DNA of 63,859 bases, filler included, from Octopus bimaculoides (Eukaryota): assembly GCF_001194135.2 (NCBI RefSeq). It is 4 parts of 4 records of this genome, joined end to end, with 100 filler letters (N's around TTAATTAATTAA, not from the genome) between each part and the next. Parts side by side here need not be neighbours in the genome. Positions count along the whole stretch, not along the records: positions 1 to 17,860 come from NC_068987.1; 3 more parts are not named here. One strand, written 5' to 3'. Below, one piece after another: positions 1 through 12,190 of the stretch. Below the pieces are notes generated by a model, which worked only from the letters and a program-made list of their open reading frames with translations, ran no database searches and was not told where the DNA came from. Position numbers and translations under genes: made by a program. Each line of letters opens with the position of its first letter. The first letter of the stretch is position 1.

Positions 1-729
1 TGAAGCCAGTATGTCCCGATGGATGTGTAATGTCAGTGTGCATACTAGACAGAGTGTAAGTACCTTAAGAGAAAAGTTGAACCTAAGAAGCATCAGTTGT
101 GGTGTGCAAGAGAGACAATTGCGCTGGTATGGTTATGTGGCGAGAATGGATGAGGATAGCTGTGTGAAAAAGTGCCAGACCCTAGCAGTTGAGGGAACCT
201 GTGGAAGAGGTAGGCCCAGGAAGACCTGGGATGAAGTGGTGAGGCACAACCTTCGAACATTGGGCCTCACCGAGGCAATGACTTCTGACTGAGGCCTTTG
301 GAAATATGCTGTGCATGAGAAGACCTGGCAAGCCAAGTGAGACCTAAATCCAAGGCCTCCGCCTGGGGTGTAGCCAGCCCAATTATGCGTACCTTCCTTT
401 ATTGAACACAAAACTCCACTTGCGAAGACCTGTTGAGGCAAGTGATATCAGAATTGAAATCGAACTAAATTCGACGACTGGCACCCATGCCAACGTCGTC
501 GCCTTCATTGAACATGAAACTCGCCTTGTGAAGACTTGTTGGGGCAAGCGAAAACGAAATCGTGATGACACCTGTGCCCAGCCTCGCCCTCCTGACACTT
601 GTGCCGGTGACACGTGTAAAGACATTCGAGTGAGATCGTTGCCAGTGCTGCTAGACTGTCTCTTATGCAGGACATGAAACTCGGCTTGTGAAGACCTGTT
701 GGGGCAAGCGAAAGTGAAATCGTGATGGC
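1..729 (+). mobile_element. RTE-clade LINE 3' fragment (RT C-terminus plus repetitive 3' UTR)
   Basis: ORF 11-292 has RWMCNV..LREKL..LRWYGYVARM..GRGRPRKTW, typical of the RTE C-terminus. It is followed by repeated gaagacctgttgaggcaagtga units and runs into a gap. Confidence 0.9.
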
Positions 730-1556
730 NNNNNNNNNNNNNNNNNNNNNNNNNNNNNNNNNNNNNNNNNNNNNNNNNNNNNNNNNNNNNNNNNNNNNNN
801 NNNNNNNNNNNNNNNNNNNNNNNNNNNNNNNNNNNNNNNNNNNNNNNNNNNNNNNNNNNNNNNNNNNNNNNNNNNNNNNNNNNNNNNNNNNNNNNNNNNN
901 NNNNNNNNNNNNNNNNNNNNNNNNNNNNNNNNNNNNNNNNNNNNNNNNNNNNNNNNNNNNNNNNNNNNNNNNNNNNNNNNNNNNNNNNNNNNNNNNNNNN
1001 NNNNNNNNNNNNNNNNNNNNNNNNNNNNNNNNNNNNNNNNNNNNNNNNNNNNNNNNNNNNNNNNNNNNNNNNNNNNNNNNNNNNNNNNNNNNNNNNNNNN
1101 NNNNNNNNNNNNNNNNNNNNNNNNNNNNNNNNNNNNNNNNNNNNNNNNNNNNNNNNNNNNNNNNNNNNNNNNNNNNNNNNNNNNNNNNNNNNNNNNNNNN
1201 NNNNNNNNNNNNNNNNNNNNNNNNNNNNNNNNNNNNNNNNNNNNNNNNNNNNNNNNNNNNNNNNNNNNNNNNNNNNNNNNNNNNNNNNNNNNNNNNNNNN
1301 NNNNNNNNNNNNNNNNNNNNNNNNNNNNNNNNNNNNNNNNNNNNNNNNNNNNNNNNNNNNNNNNNNNNNNNNNNNNNNNNNNNNNNNNNNNNNNNNNNNN
1401 NNNNNNNNNNNNNNNNNNNNNNNNNNNNNNNNNNNNNNNNNNNNNNNNNNNNNNNNNNNNNNNNNNNNNNNNNNNNNNNNNNNNNNNNNNNNNNNNNNNN
1501 NNNNNNNNNNNNNNNNNNNNNNNNNNNNNNNNNNNNNNNNNNNNNNNNNNNNNNNN

Positions 1557-2860
1557 CAATGAGGGAGACGACGTTGGCATGGGTGCCGGTCGTCGAATTT
1601 AGTTTGATTTCACTTGCCTCAACAGTTCTTCGCAAGTGGAGTTTAGTGCCCAATTTAACTCGATTTCGATTTCACTTGCCTCAACAGGTCTTCGCAAGTG
1701 GAGTTTAGTGTCCAATGAAGGAAGGTACGCATAAAAGGACTGGTTGAGGCCTTAGATTTAGGTTTCACTTGGCTTGCCGAGTCTTCTCACGCACAGCATG
1801 TTTCCAAAGGTCTCAGTCAGAAGTCATCGCCTCGGTGAGGCGCAATGTTCGAAGGTCGTGCCTCACTACCTCATCTCAGGTCTTCCTGGGCCTACCACTT
1901 CCACAGGTTCCCACAACTGCTAGGGTGTGGCACTTTTTGACACAGCTATCCTAATCCATTCTCGCTACATGACCATACCATCGCAATCGTCTCTCTTGCA
2001 CACCACAACTGATGCTTCGTAAGTTCAACTTTCTCTCAAGGTACTTACACTGTGTCTAGTATGCACACTGACATTACACATCCATCGGAGCACACTGGCT
2101 TCATTCCTTGTTAGCCTACGCATGTCCTCAGCAGTCACAGCCCATGTTTCACTGCCATGAAGCACGGCTGTTCGTACACATGCGTCATACAGTCTGCCTT
2201 TTACTCTGAGTGAGAGGCCCCTTGTCATCAGCAGAGGTAAGAGCTCTCTGAACTTTGCCCAGGCTATTCTTATTCTAGCAGCTACACTTTCAGCGCACCC
2301 TCTCCCACTGCTAACTTGGTCACCTAGATAGCGGAAGCTATCAACTACGTCTAGTTTTTCTCCCTGGAATATGGCAGAAGTTGTTTTCTGCACATTTACA
2401 GTGNNNNNNNNNNNNNNNNNNNNNNNNNNTTAACCTGCCTTTGATATTGCTACACCTCTTCTGTGTCCATAGCTTGCACTGGGAGCATCTTATAGAGTTT
2501 CTACCCACGCCTTTTCTACAGATCAAGCAGGGCCATCTACATGAAGGGGTTTGTGTGTTGTCTACCTTCCTACTTATTAAGACTTTGGTTTTTGCTAGAT
2601 TGACTCTAAGGCCCTTCGATTCTAGTCCTTGCTTCCACACTAGAAACTTCTCTAGTTCTGATAGTGACTCAGCAACTAGTGCAAGGTCATCAGCATAGAG
2701 GAGCTCCCAGGGGCATCCTGTCTTGAATTCCTCTGTTATAGCCTGGAGAACTATGATAAATAGAAGGGGGCTGAGGACAGAACCTTGGTGGACCCCTACC
2801 TCCACCCGGAATTCTTCACTGCCAATCCTCACCTTAATGTCTGCAGTGATAAACACTGTT
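1557..2860 (-). mobile_element. RTE-clade LINE, 5'-truncated and degenerate
   Basis: ORFs 2341-2856 (GVHQGSVLSPLLF, ELLYADDLAL, RVNLAKTKV) and 2025-2393 (FRYLGD, KGRLYDACVR) on the - strand. The 3' UTR matches 293-729 in reverse. Confidence 0.92.
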
Positions 2861-2869
2861 TACAAGAGA

Positions 2870-4270
2870 TAAATGCTGTTTACAAGAGGATTCTCTAAGA
2901 ACTGTTACAAAGCAGACAAAATGATTTACCTTTATCATACGGAAAAGATATAGATAAAATATTCCATTCCAAATCAAATTGTTTATGATGATCCTTTAGA
3001 TACTAAATTAATTTACTAAGCCCAGTATTGTTACATTTATTGATATGTCTAAATGTAAAATAATGATTATTCTTTTGGACAACTGAGATGAAGAACTACC
3101 TATATAAAAAAAAAGATGTCAGAAACAGAAGTAATTTTACACTGATAAATAGTTTCTAGTTTTAGAATTACTGCTAAGGAAACAAATGCAATTGGAATCA
3201 ACTTCAGAAACACTAACACTGCTGCTATTATTATTTAAAGAATGGTTAGTGTTAACAAAATCAATGTTACTATTTTAATTAAGTGGATTTGTATTTAACA
3301 ACTTATTATTATGTGAAGAGATGATTTGTGAAGTTTTTTGTGTTAGAAAACCCTATCATGATCTGGTGTGAATTAAGAATTGAACAGTATCTTGAATTTC
3401 TTGGGAAATTCTTTTCTATAGCTTCACTCGTAAGGGAGGTTGGATTTGATCTGCTTACCATATGGAATTATTAACCAAACAGTTTTGCTAGGATATACCT
3501 TGTTATTAGGGTAATTAGCTTTAAAACTCAGGAGTTCATTATAAAGGTACACCTTTAAAATGAAAAACAGGTCTTAAAGAAAGGTTATCTGCCTTACGCT
3601 GCAGAATTAGATTACTCAATTTGGTGTTGTTATTTGAAATAAAATTAATGTCGTTAGGACTTGACTTCATGTCCTGATTAATAGAGGTAGAATTAATGTC
3701 AATGGGGTTAATATAGGTAATTTTTTCTTTATAGTCTGCTTTAAGTAAGGCAGAGTTATAAAATTCAGCTTTATTGTTAAAGATATCAACATTAGCAGAT
3801 AATCTAGAAAGTCTAAGTGAAATATTTCTAACTAAATTCCTTGTAATGGCCTTTGAATGATTACTGAAAGAGCTAATATATTTAAAATTAGTTGAGGGTT
3901 TATGGTATGAGAAATATGAATCATTATATAAGTTAAGAGTAATGTCCAAAAAGTTGGCTTTAGTTATATCATCATCGAAAACAATGTTTAAGCCCATTTT
4001 TCAGAAAAATTTAACCAACCTATTTTTAACCCTTTATAATTTTTGGTTAGAAACATTTTGAAGGTAGAGTAGACAATCATCACGATATAGACCTCCATTG
4101 ATGTTAGGGAATTGGTCAGCCATCTCATAAAGGATATATATACCGACCAAATCAGCGATTTGTGCTGAATCAGAACTTCCCATCGTGACATCAAAACTGT
4201 TGGGTGTATCTTTCCCGACCCACAGCTTGTTAACAAATTTAATAGTAGATTTTCTGGCAGTTAACACAGC
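2870..4270 (-). mobile_element. Penelope-like element remnant (YRDD-type RT, thumb, GIY-YIG C-terminal part)
   Basis: FDVTMGSSDSAQIADLVGIY..GGLYRDDCL (4034-4267) and NFLDITLNL..YHKP..SNH..ISLRLSRLS (3539-3997). Manual translation further on gives AIEKNFPRNS..IISSHNNK and TGLSKLI*YLKD..EWNIL..CLLC. Confidence 0.88.
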
Positions 4271-5165
4271 ACATTGGCTCGCTCACAACAAATCAGGTCT
4301 CTGCAGGGATGAAATTAACATTGTGTTGGAGCTAGAAAACAAATTGCAGTTGTAGAAGCAATGGCTGGAATCTGAGGTCCTTAAGGTTAACTTAGCAAAT
4401 ACTAAGGTCTTAGTAAGTAAGAAAACAGACAAGACCCAACCCCCTTCAGGTAAGTGGTCCAGCTTGATTTGTAGGAAGGATGTAGGCAAGAATTCCATAC
4501 GGTGTACTCAGTGCAAGCTATGGACACACAAGAGGTGCTGTGGAATAAAAAGAAGGTTAACAGAGAAGGTAGCATTTGTGTGTGGAAGATGCACAGGAAC
4601 CATAAAAACTAAAGATACTCAAGAAACTGATTTTCTCAAATGCCCTGGAGGCTCTTTAGAAGTAGTGAATAATTTCTGCTACCTAGGGGACCTAATTGGC
4701 TGTGAAGTGGGGGGATGCATGGAAAGTGTAATAGCTAGAATAAGAACAGGATGGAAAAAATTCAGAGAGCTTTTAACTCTGTAGGTAACAAAGGTTTCTT
4801 TCACAGAGTGAAAGGAAAATTGTATGATGCATGCCTATGAACAATAATTCTACTTGGTAGTGAGATATGGGCTCTAAATGCAGAGGACATGCGAAGGCTA
4901 GAGAGGAATGAGGCTAGTATGCTCTTCTGGATGCGTAATGCAAGTGTGCATATTCAACAGTGTCCTGGTGTATTGAGAGAGAGGTTAGGCACAGGAGGAA
5001 TTATATGCAGTGTGCAAAAGAGAGAAGACTGTGCTCATTTGGTCATGTGATGTGAATGGATGCCAACAGCTTCATAAACAAATGCCTATCTCTCAAAGAT
5101 GATGGAACATGTGGAAGAGGAAGACCAGGAAAACATGGGATGAAGTACTGAAGGACAATCTGAAC
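4270..5165 (+). mobile_element. RTE-clade LINE fragment
   Basis: ORF 4464-4784 (CRKDVGKNSIRCTQCKLWTHKRC, NFCYLGD, RIRTGWKKFRELL) and downstream GRGRPGKTW-like sequence. Confidence 0.9.
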
Positions 5166-5169
5166 CCCT

Positions 5170-6166
5170 CACACAAGATACCTGGTGCCTTGTTATACTC
5201 AAGAAAACAGCCAAAATATTTGGTGTATCAAGATGTACTGTCTTGAAAGTAATGACAGCCTTTGAGAAAGAGGGAAAAACCTCCTTGTTGAAACAAAACT
5301 CTGGAAGAAACCCAAAACTTTCAGATAGCAACCATCAGACTCTTACGTAAATTGTTAGAAAGGATCACAAAAGTACAGCTCCCAAAATTACTGCAGAGCT
5401 TAATGATCACCTCAAGAACCCAGTTTCCACAAAAACTCTTCACCAGGATCTGCACAAAGCCAGATTTCATGGGAGAGCTGCAATCAGAAAACTACTACTT
5501 TCAAAAACAAATGTTGCAAAGCGTTCAGAGTGGAGTAAAAACCTACAGAATTGGTTCCTAGAGCAGTGGAAGAATATTATTTTCTCAGACAAGTCATCCT
5601 TTATCTTATTTCTAACCGCCGGCTGAGTATACGTGTGGAGACAGCCAAAAGAAATGGAGGAGGATCTGTGATGATTTGGGCGGGGGGGCTTTATCTTGGA
5701 AATCCGCCAGCCCTTCATGGCAGAATTAATAGTCAAGACTATTTAAGCATTTTATCTGATCAAATTCATCCTATGATTGCAGAATTGTTTCCGGAGGGAA
5801 ATGCAATCTTTCAGGATGATAATACACCAATTCACACAGTTAAAGTTGTTACTGAATGGCACAAGGGACATTCTAGTGAAGTTGAACATCTTATCTGGCC
5901 ACAACAGTCCCCAGATCTCAATATTATTGAACATTTATGGTGCATTTTAGAAAAACAAGTAAGGAGTCGATATCCTCCACTACAAGAACTAGAGATTGTT
6001 TTAGCTGAAAAACGGACAAAAATTCCTTTGGAAACAATTTAAACTTTGTACAAGTCCATACTTCATAGAACTCAAACTGTAATTACTGCCAAAGGCAGTC
6101 CTACTCCATATTAAAATACATTAGTTTGAAATTTTAAGGTGTATCCATTATTTTGTCCAACCCCTG
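5170..6166 (+). mobile_element. Tc1-family DD34E transposon lacking its 5' end
   Basis: Frameshifted transposase: AKIFGVSRCTV, WKNIIFSDKSSF, GGSVMIWAG, FQDDNTPIH, WPQQSPDLNIIEHLW. The right TIR ccattattttgtccaacccctg is followed by TA at 6167-6168. Confidence 0.92.
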
Positions 6167-6791
6167 TATCAGATCTACAGTTATATTCTGAGGCTCTAGC
6201 TCTATGAAGTCATCTCCATCACTTGTAAAATATATAATGACTACAATGACCTTACAGTTGATTAGCTTTTAGATCAGCCCTGATTCGGCACACATGATCA
6301 AAGGTGTATTCTTTGTAACAGACCCATCTTTGTTTTAAGGTATAGTGTATCTAAGCCTACATAACTCAATTTGGTGAAATGAGTTCTTTGGTCTATCAGA
6401 TTACCTTATACCCTTCAAATATATGTGAAAATAATCATGCTATCATGTGGAAAGATAAGCCATTACAGTTTATAGGGACACCACTTTGGGAACCTATGTG
6501 AATATAGTGAAATTATAATGCACTGAAGCATGTCCCTAAAGCTATTGGGTCATAGGGAATACTACAAAAAACTTGATTTCATGTTGTGTAGCTTGAACAA
6601 GACAGTCACGGAGACCATCCATTTCTAAACTATATCTGCAAAAGGAATCAAATTCAGCTTCACAAGCTAATGATCCATTTACCAGAGTCCCAGTGCTGCC
6701 ATAGCTTAAAATAGTGAACTAATTCCTACCCTCTATTACTTATTTACAGCTAGGTGGATTGCATATTTTAGTCTGTAATGTTTATACTTAC

Positions 6792-6909
6792 CACTCTTTA
6801 GCATTTCTTCATTCTGTACATCATCATCATCAAAGTCAGAAGATAATGGCCGAGACATCAGTCGGATACTGGGTCCAATAATTATAGATTTAAGATCCCC
6901 AACTTTTAC
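6792..6909 (-). CDS. Internal coding exon of an unidentified host gene (VKVGDLKSIIIGPSIRLMSRPLSSDFDDDDVQNEEMLKS)
   Basis: Strong acceptor tgtatttttctttttcag and donor G|gtaagt. 118 nt, phase 0 to 1, and the other two frames are closed by early stops. No family recognised. Confidence 0.65.
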
Positions 6910-7958
6910 CTGAAAAAGAAAAATACAATAGTTGTCAAAATAAAAAAACATTGATCTTAAACTTACCACAACCATATAAAGAAAAATATTTTGCTTTACA
7001 CTATATATTTAATTTGTTACAATTTAGAAAATGAAAACAAGCTAAGCAAGGGTAGCAAGTCAAGTAAATAGAAGCAACCAGGAATAGTGAACTGGATAAA
7101 CAGGAATAAACTAAATAGTAGTTGAGTCCCACGTCAGCTGTGATCAAGTAAATGAATCATGAAAACTGTTCTAGCCACAAAAACCCCATCTTTTACTCAA
7201 GCAGCGTATCTAGAGCAACATTACTCAATTTTGTTTTCTTAAAAATAAGTAGCTTATGATTAAAGAGATTTTGTTTACTACTTCTATCAAGGCAAGTAGC
7301 CACATAGAGCTTCTTTGTTGATTTAATCAGGAAGAAGGCTTACTATGCAAAGAATGGAAAAAGACTACAGCTAAATGGAGTAATCAGTATAATAAAGTGA
7401 ACAAGAAGTCAATAGGAGGGGGAGATATTGGATAAAAAGAGGGGAAGGATATCAGGTGAAAGGTGGAAAGATATCAAGTTAAAGGAGGTACCTCCCTTCC
7501 ACCCAAGAAAAAAACATTGAATAAAAGATGATGGCTTAATATATCAGATACCACACTCTGAAGGTTCATTTTATGATTGCTGGATGTTACTAATATCTGA
7601 AGATCCAGAATTAATGACACATGAAAGTCTTCAGTAATAAAATTAGTAAGGTTCCTTTGAAGCTAATCCAAAGGCAATAGTTTATTAAACAAAATAAAAT
7701 TGCCTGCTGATAACTGAAAAGAGTATTATGATACCTAAGAAAGTTGATTCAGATGGTGGTCAAGAAAAAGTTTGCTTATTTGTGTGGCAAAATGGATGAA
7801 GAGAAAGAGCGAAAGGAGGGGACAGAAAGTGAATCTTCATAGGAAATGTTCAACTGGAGCAATAGTCTAAGGCAGTAAACAAACAAAAACAATAAAGTAA
7901 AACAAGAACCTAACAAAACATACAGAAATACACACTTTACACTGCTTTCTGTTCACTA

Positions 7959-8492
7959 TCATCATCATCATCGTTTAACGTCTGCTTTCCATGCTGGCAT
8001 GGGTTGGACGGTTTGACTGAGGAATGGTGAGCCAGAAAGATGCATCAGGTTCAATCTGATCTGGTGAAGTTTCTACAGCTGGATGCCCTTCCTAACGCCA
8101 ACCACTCCGGGAGTGTAGTGGGTGCTTTTACATGCAACCGACACAAGGGCCAGTCAGGCAACAACCATGTTCACGCTCAAAAGGTGTTTTTTACATGCTA
8201 CCTGCACGGAAGCTAGTCTGGTGGCACTGGCAACGACCACGCTTGAATGTTGCTTTTCACATGCCGGTAAGGCGATGCTGACAACGATCACGCTCAAATG
8301 GTGCTTTTCATGAGCCAATCTGTGGCCCTGGCAACGATCACGCTTGGATGTGCTTTTAACGTTCCACTGGCACAAGTGCCAAGCAGGCAGTACTGTCATT
8401 GGCCACGTCAGCGATTTTGATTTGATTTCACTCGCCTCAATAGGTCTTCGCAAGCAAAGTTTATTGTCTAATGAATGAGGGGTACTCATAAT
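7959..8492 (-). mobile_element. RTE 3' UTR/tail fragment ending in (GAT)n
   Basis: catcatcatcgtttaacgtctgctttccatgctggcatgggttgg tail. 8410-8490 matches the RTE 3' UTR at 1660-1730. Confidence 0.8.
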
Positions 8493-8555
8493 TATGTAAA
8501 AAAAAGATTAAAAACAATATAATGCTAATATAAATACAGACATTTTTTCTCATAC

Positions 8556-8634
8556 ATTGAAATTTCCATCTTGGTGTAAGCCAGAAAAACTACTGGGACA
8601 GCAAATCTTTGATTTACGCAACTTCAATTTTGTC
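8556..8634 (-). CDS. Possible exon upstream of the 6.8 kb exon (TKLKLRKSKICCPSSFSGLHQDGNFN)
   Basis: Open 79 nt ending in phase 0 at a gtatga donor, compatible with the phase 0 start at 6909. The acceptor (aag) is weak. Confidence 0.25.
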
Positions 8635-8889
8635 CTTTGTGTTTATGGGAGAATCCTGAACACCCAACACATGATTGAAGGTGCACTAACTGATTACAAT
8701 AAATAACTGAGTGAACTATCAGAGGGATAGTTGATGGTGTTAGTTTAACAGTGAATACTGAGTATCATACCTATATTCAAGTAGTATGGAGTGTTCTGTG
8801 TTAACATTTCTGTGATAGGTTATTTTTAGATAACCATAACCCACTATTTATTTGTGTAATACCATTTTACAACAGACGTGTATACTCAC

Positions 8890-11344
8890 GTCATAACATT
8901 TTTGGTGATGAGATTATTCGAAGCTCATGCTGGACCAATTTTTGCTTGAACATGGATGGTTTACTAGCTTTGCTAATTCAATTACAGCAACAACAGCAGT
9001 TGTTCGAATTTCAGAAGCAACAGCAAGTCTTAGTACAACTGATACAGAAGAAAACGGAAAATACCTCTAGTTCATTTACCCCTAACACTGTGGCAAACCT
9101 GATCGAAGAGTTTGCCTATAACCCAGAGGAGGGTACTATCTTCTCTGCTTACTGTAGAAGGTATGAGGAAATTTTTAGAGAAGAATGCTGTGACTGGCAA
9201 GATGAGAAAAAAACTCGAGCATGACAAATATTGCAATTTCATATTACCAAAGAAACTGGGTGAAGTCTGTTTTGAAGAAACGGTGAATATTCTATCAAAG
9301 ATTTTCAGTGAAAGAAGCTCTTTATTTAATATGCACTGGCAATGCATGAATATTATAAAAAAAAGGATGAAAATATCTGAGGAACGCCAGAGAATAATCA
9401 ACCTAAGGCAATATACGGAACAAACTGAAGCGAGAAACTGCTCTCATATACAGTCAGTGCGACTGAAAGTAAGAAATGAAAAGCAGAAAATTAACCCATG
9501 TTTTGGATGTAGAGAATTACACTACAGATTCAACTGTCCTTATAAAAATTGAAAATGCTTCAAGTGTGGTAAGATAGGTCATAAAGAATCACACCGCAAA
9601 ACAAACCCAAGAAAATGGTTCAACAGAAAAAAATCATGTAAACAGTTTATTGGTGACAAGAAAGGACTCAAAGGAAATTTGTGTATGTAAAAATTAATAA
9701 TACAAATATAAATTTACAGTTAGATACAGGTAGTGACATTACTTTTAATGAAAACACATGGGAAACACTCAGGAAATCTACACTACAGAAAACCTTGAAG
9801 ATTGCAAGTGGAGTCTCGGGAATTAAATTAATTTTTAAAGGCAAAATTATCTGTAACATTACATTTCATGGTAAAACGATAAAAGCGAAAGCTTCATCAT
9901 CATCATCATCACCATTGTTTAACGTCTGCTTTCCATGCTGGCATGGGTTGGACGGTTTGACTGCGGACTGGTGAGCCAGAGGCTGCACCAGGCTCAATCT
10001 GATATGGCAAAGTTTCTACTGCTGGATGCCCTTCCTAACGCCAGCCACTCCGAGAGTGTAGTGGGTGCTTTTTACATGCCACAGGCATGAGGGCCAGTCA
10101 GGCGGTTCTGGCAATGACCACGCTCAAAAGGTGTTTTTACCCGCTACCTGCACGGGAGCCAGTCCGGCGGCACTGGCAACGACCATGCTCAAATGTTATG
10201 TATTAAAAAATACAAGCAACTTTTTTGGAACTGACTGAATAGAACTGTTTGACTAATGGGATTCACCCATAAATAACTTTTGTAAAAAAGTAATGGGGTC
10301 GTGCACCAGGTCTAATACAGAGTCGGAAAATTTTAAATAGAAGTGAGAAGGTTGTTCACTGATGTTTTTTGGACAAGTTGTATTGGTGCAATAAATTTAA
10401 AGCAAAATTTCAGGTAAAAGAAAATTCATTACCAGTTTTCAAACCCAAATGTAATGTACTGCTTGCAGTACTGGAACAAGTGAATAAGGAATTGGACAGA
10501 CTGGAAAAAAAATGGGAGTGATTGAAATGATCAACTATTCAGATTTGGCATCTCCAACAGTGTATGTAAAAAAGACCAATAAAATTTGTGTATGTACAGA
10601 TTTCTTGATGGGACAAAATGAATGTGTAAGACAGTATAACTACCCATTACCTAGCCCAGAGGAAATCTTGAAATTGAATGGTGGAAAATTGTTCTTGAAA
10701 GTAGATCTTTCTGATGCTTACTTATAAATACAAGTGGAAGACAAATGTACTAAGCTGCTAACAATTAATACCCATAGAGGTGTGTACAAATTTAATTGGC
10801 TCCTGTTTGGCATAAAAGTTGCTCCAGCTACATTCGAACAAGCAATGGATGTGATGCTTGCAGAGTGTGACTTTGCGATGGCCTACCTGGATGATATATT
10901 AATTAAAAGTGAATCCTGTGATCAGCATGTCGAGCATGTGAAATGGTTTTTGAAAAAAATAAAAGATTAAGGTTTCAAACTGGGTGAGTAGAAATACGAA
11001 ATTTTCTTGCCTAAAATTAAAAACTTAGGACAAATCATTGATAAAAACAGTCGTTGACCAGATCCACTGAGGGCAGATGCAATTAAAAATATGCCCCTTT
11101 CGACAAACTTTTTGGGGACTTGCAAACTATTATGAGATTTATATACCAAATATGCACAAGGTAAGAGCTCCACTAAATGATTTATTAAAAAAAGATGTAA
11201 AATGGAATTGGTCTGAAAATTGTCAGAAGGCTTTCGATAAAATTAAAAAGATATTAACGTCAGATTTGTCTTTAGCACATTTCAATCCTACATTGCAGAT
11301 TATATTAGCTTCAGATGCCAATGAGTATGGTATCAGAGCAGTAA
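8890..11344 (+). mobile_element. Ty3/Gypsy LTR retrotransposon, 5' part (LTR end, PBS, gag, protease, RT, start of RNase H), degenerate
   Basis: LTR-like end ataaca at 8898 and PBS-like TGGTGATGAG at 8903-8912. Gag has two CCHC-like knuckles; protease LQLDTGSDIT; RT LKVDLSDAYL..YLDDILI; RNase H LASDANEYGIRAV. Confidence 0.9.
9893..10197 (-). mobile_element. RTE tail fragment inserted into the Gypsy protease region
   Basis: Same (GAT)n-tailed sequence as 7959-8300. Removing it approximately rejoins the Gypsy frame KAKA|YVLKNT. Confidence 0.85.
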
Positions 11345-12190
11345 TCTACATATATAAAACACAGGATGTGTGTGTGTTTGTTATGTCATTATAACTCGAG
11401 ATCCACCCAACCAACCAATTTTAATGAAATTTTATACAAGGTCCACGGAGTGTCATAGGCCCAAAAAATTTTCCACTTCTTGCCTAATGCAGGCCCAGAG
11501 GCAGATAAACTGCATTTTTAAAGTTTTTTGCAGCATTAAGGCCCATAACTTGATGGGTATCCAGTCACTTTCTTCTAAATTAGGAACAAACATTAATCAG
11601 GCTCCTTGAATTGCTGTTGGCTAAAAAAAATTTCCAACGCTGACTACGCCCCCCCCCCCCAATGCAGATTAATTAGATTTGAGTATACCGTACGGCGTTT
11701 TATCTTTGTTTTAGGGCATTTTCCGACAATAAAGCATTGACACTACATATGCATTATAAGTAATGTATAATATTTCTTGAAGACCTTTTTGTCCAGTTTG
11801 GCAGAGGAAATGAGAACATAAAATTTTTGTCAGCACCCTGTTCATGCTTCATGTTACCATCCCACACACCACCGGGTCATGTGTGTGTGTGTGTGTGTGT
11901 GAGGCTGAGTAAACGCACAACAAACCCATTCATCCATTCTTCAAAAGTGCCTTGTTGATGTTTCACGTTTCCAATCCTGCGCAATGCAGCACGACCTGGC
12001 AGAATGTCTGCTTTCTGTCATCCATGCCTGAACTATATAATGCAAAATGTTCATCCCAAAAAAAAAACAAACTGCTGTTGTGACTTACAGCCAGTCGAGT
12101 TTGACCATGTGACCACTTCTGGAAGTTATGCTTGCCACCTGCAATTAGTCCCCTCATTTTCCCTTCCCTATTTAGTTGGATGAGTAAATA

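Noticed and set aside
505-1708. Long ORFs in the supplied track that are mostly X (also 15.6-16.1, 18.9-19.9, 32.0-32.9, 38.9-39.1, 40.7-41.5 and 53.3-53.7 kb)
   Set aside because: They stay open only because they span N gaps.
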